The position numbers and the translations under genes were made by a program. A DNA stretch of 64,000 nt from Glycera tridactyla (taxonomy: Eukaryota), in assembly GCA_965644265.1 (NCBI GenBank), contig OZ286468.1, forward strand, positions 96,658,001-96,722,000. Reading direction: 5' to 3'. The notes under the pieces are model-generated. The model saw only the letters and a program-made list of their open reading frames with translations. It had not been told where the DNA came from and did not search any database. This document shows positions 63,220 through 64,000 of this stretch, in pieces. The stretch's first letter is position 1. The number at the start of each line of letters is the position of its first letter.

Positions 63220-64000
63220 CTTTTCTGCTCGACGATATCCGATCCTGCTTCTTACATCATTTTGTCTCTTGGAACTCATCATCTCTGTCCCATTATTTCA
63301 CAGAGGGTGAGAGATTCAATTGAACGGCGAAAAATAAAACTTACGCCACATTCTGATGCTAGATGATTTGATGGCGAAGTTCAAACAGGAGGGGTTGAAT
63401 TCGGTGATGATTGAAAAAGAGAAGCTCAGGGGAATGTTCGTGATTGCAACTGTTTTTTAGTGTCAAGTTTTTCTCCTAGTGGGAGGATGAGGAAGGATGA
63501 TAAGAATCGGGTGACGGATCAGTGATATCACCAGGAGGTTAAAGGTGCTGCCATATGTGTTGCCATGGGAGCTGACATTATCACCAGTGTGCCGTGTGAA
63601 AAGTCGGTGAACGACTTAAGAGACCCGCACTAGTCTTACATATATCTACCTTGAACCTGATGCTTGCAATGTAAAATCCGACAAATCCAAACACGGTGGG
63701 CACGTTGCCCTCGATGAATTCGCCATTTCTGTCAAATTTACAGTTTTTATGGCGCGAATTAGTTGCATAGATATTGAACCTGGTGACAGATACTCTGCAT
63801 GCTTTGAAGAGAATGCACCATCATTTCATCCCATCTTTCTCGGCAAATTCGTGGGCATAATCGGCGAATTTTCGTATGTGGAACGGTTGGGATATGGCCG
63901 CCGCTCATGCCACGAAACCTGCGTGAAATTGACATATGCGGCGCTCTCAGGCGAAATATACAGGAGAACCTTGCCGTGATCACATTTCTGGTTGTTGGAG

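Overview
Repeat-rich animal genomic DNA, probably a lophotrochozoan invertebrate (inferred from gene and repeat types; no prokaryotic features). One gene is supported: five + strand exons (23567-23844, 27137-27246, 30176-30404, 32666-32894, 48193-48279). They splice in frame into the extracellular domain, TM1 and TM2 of a Cys-loop, nicotinic acetylcholine receptor-family subunit. The subunit lacks the loop-C vicinal cysteines and has an unusual pore (P-D-R at -2'/-1'/0', Gln 2', Ala 9'). Its signal-peptide exon and TM3-TM4 exons were not found. A 6076-bp degenerate Academ (AcademX-type) DNA transposon lies just after the TM2 exon (48592-54667), with a 3-bp ATT target duplication and ~1.05-kb compound TIRs. 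The window opens in a 566-bp trimeric higher-order satellite that ends in head-to-head palindromes. Other content: minisatellites (37, 46, 62, 62, 63, 109, ~170 bp), microsatellites, decayed LINE remnants, tRNA-Gly-like SINE heads, a TA-flanked MITE, and several palindromic elements that share a GNA-triloop apex. Eight N-runs cannot be read (9654-9877, 11976-12263, 22888-23144, 23239-23417, 33009-33183, 42369-42748, 44873-45055, 59931-60269). Almost all long ORFs in the supplied track are artefacts of repeats or N-runs. All family assignments come from motifs read by eye; no searches were run.
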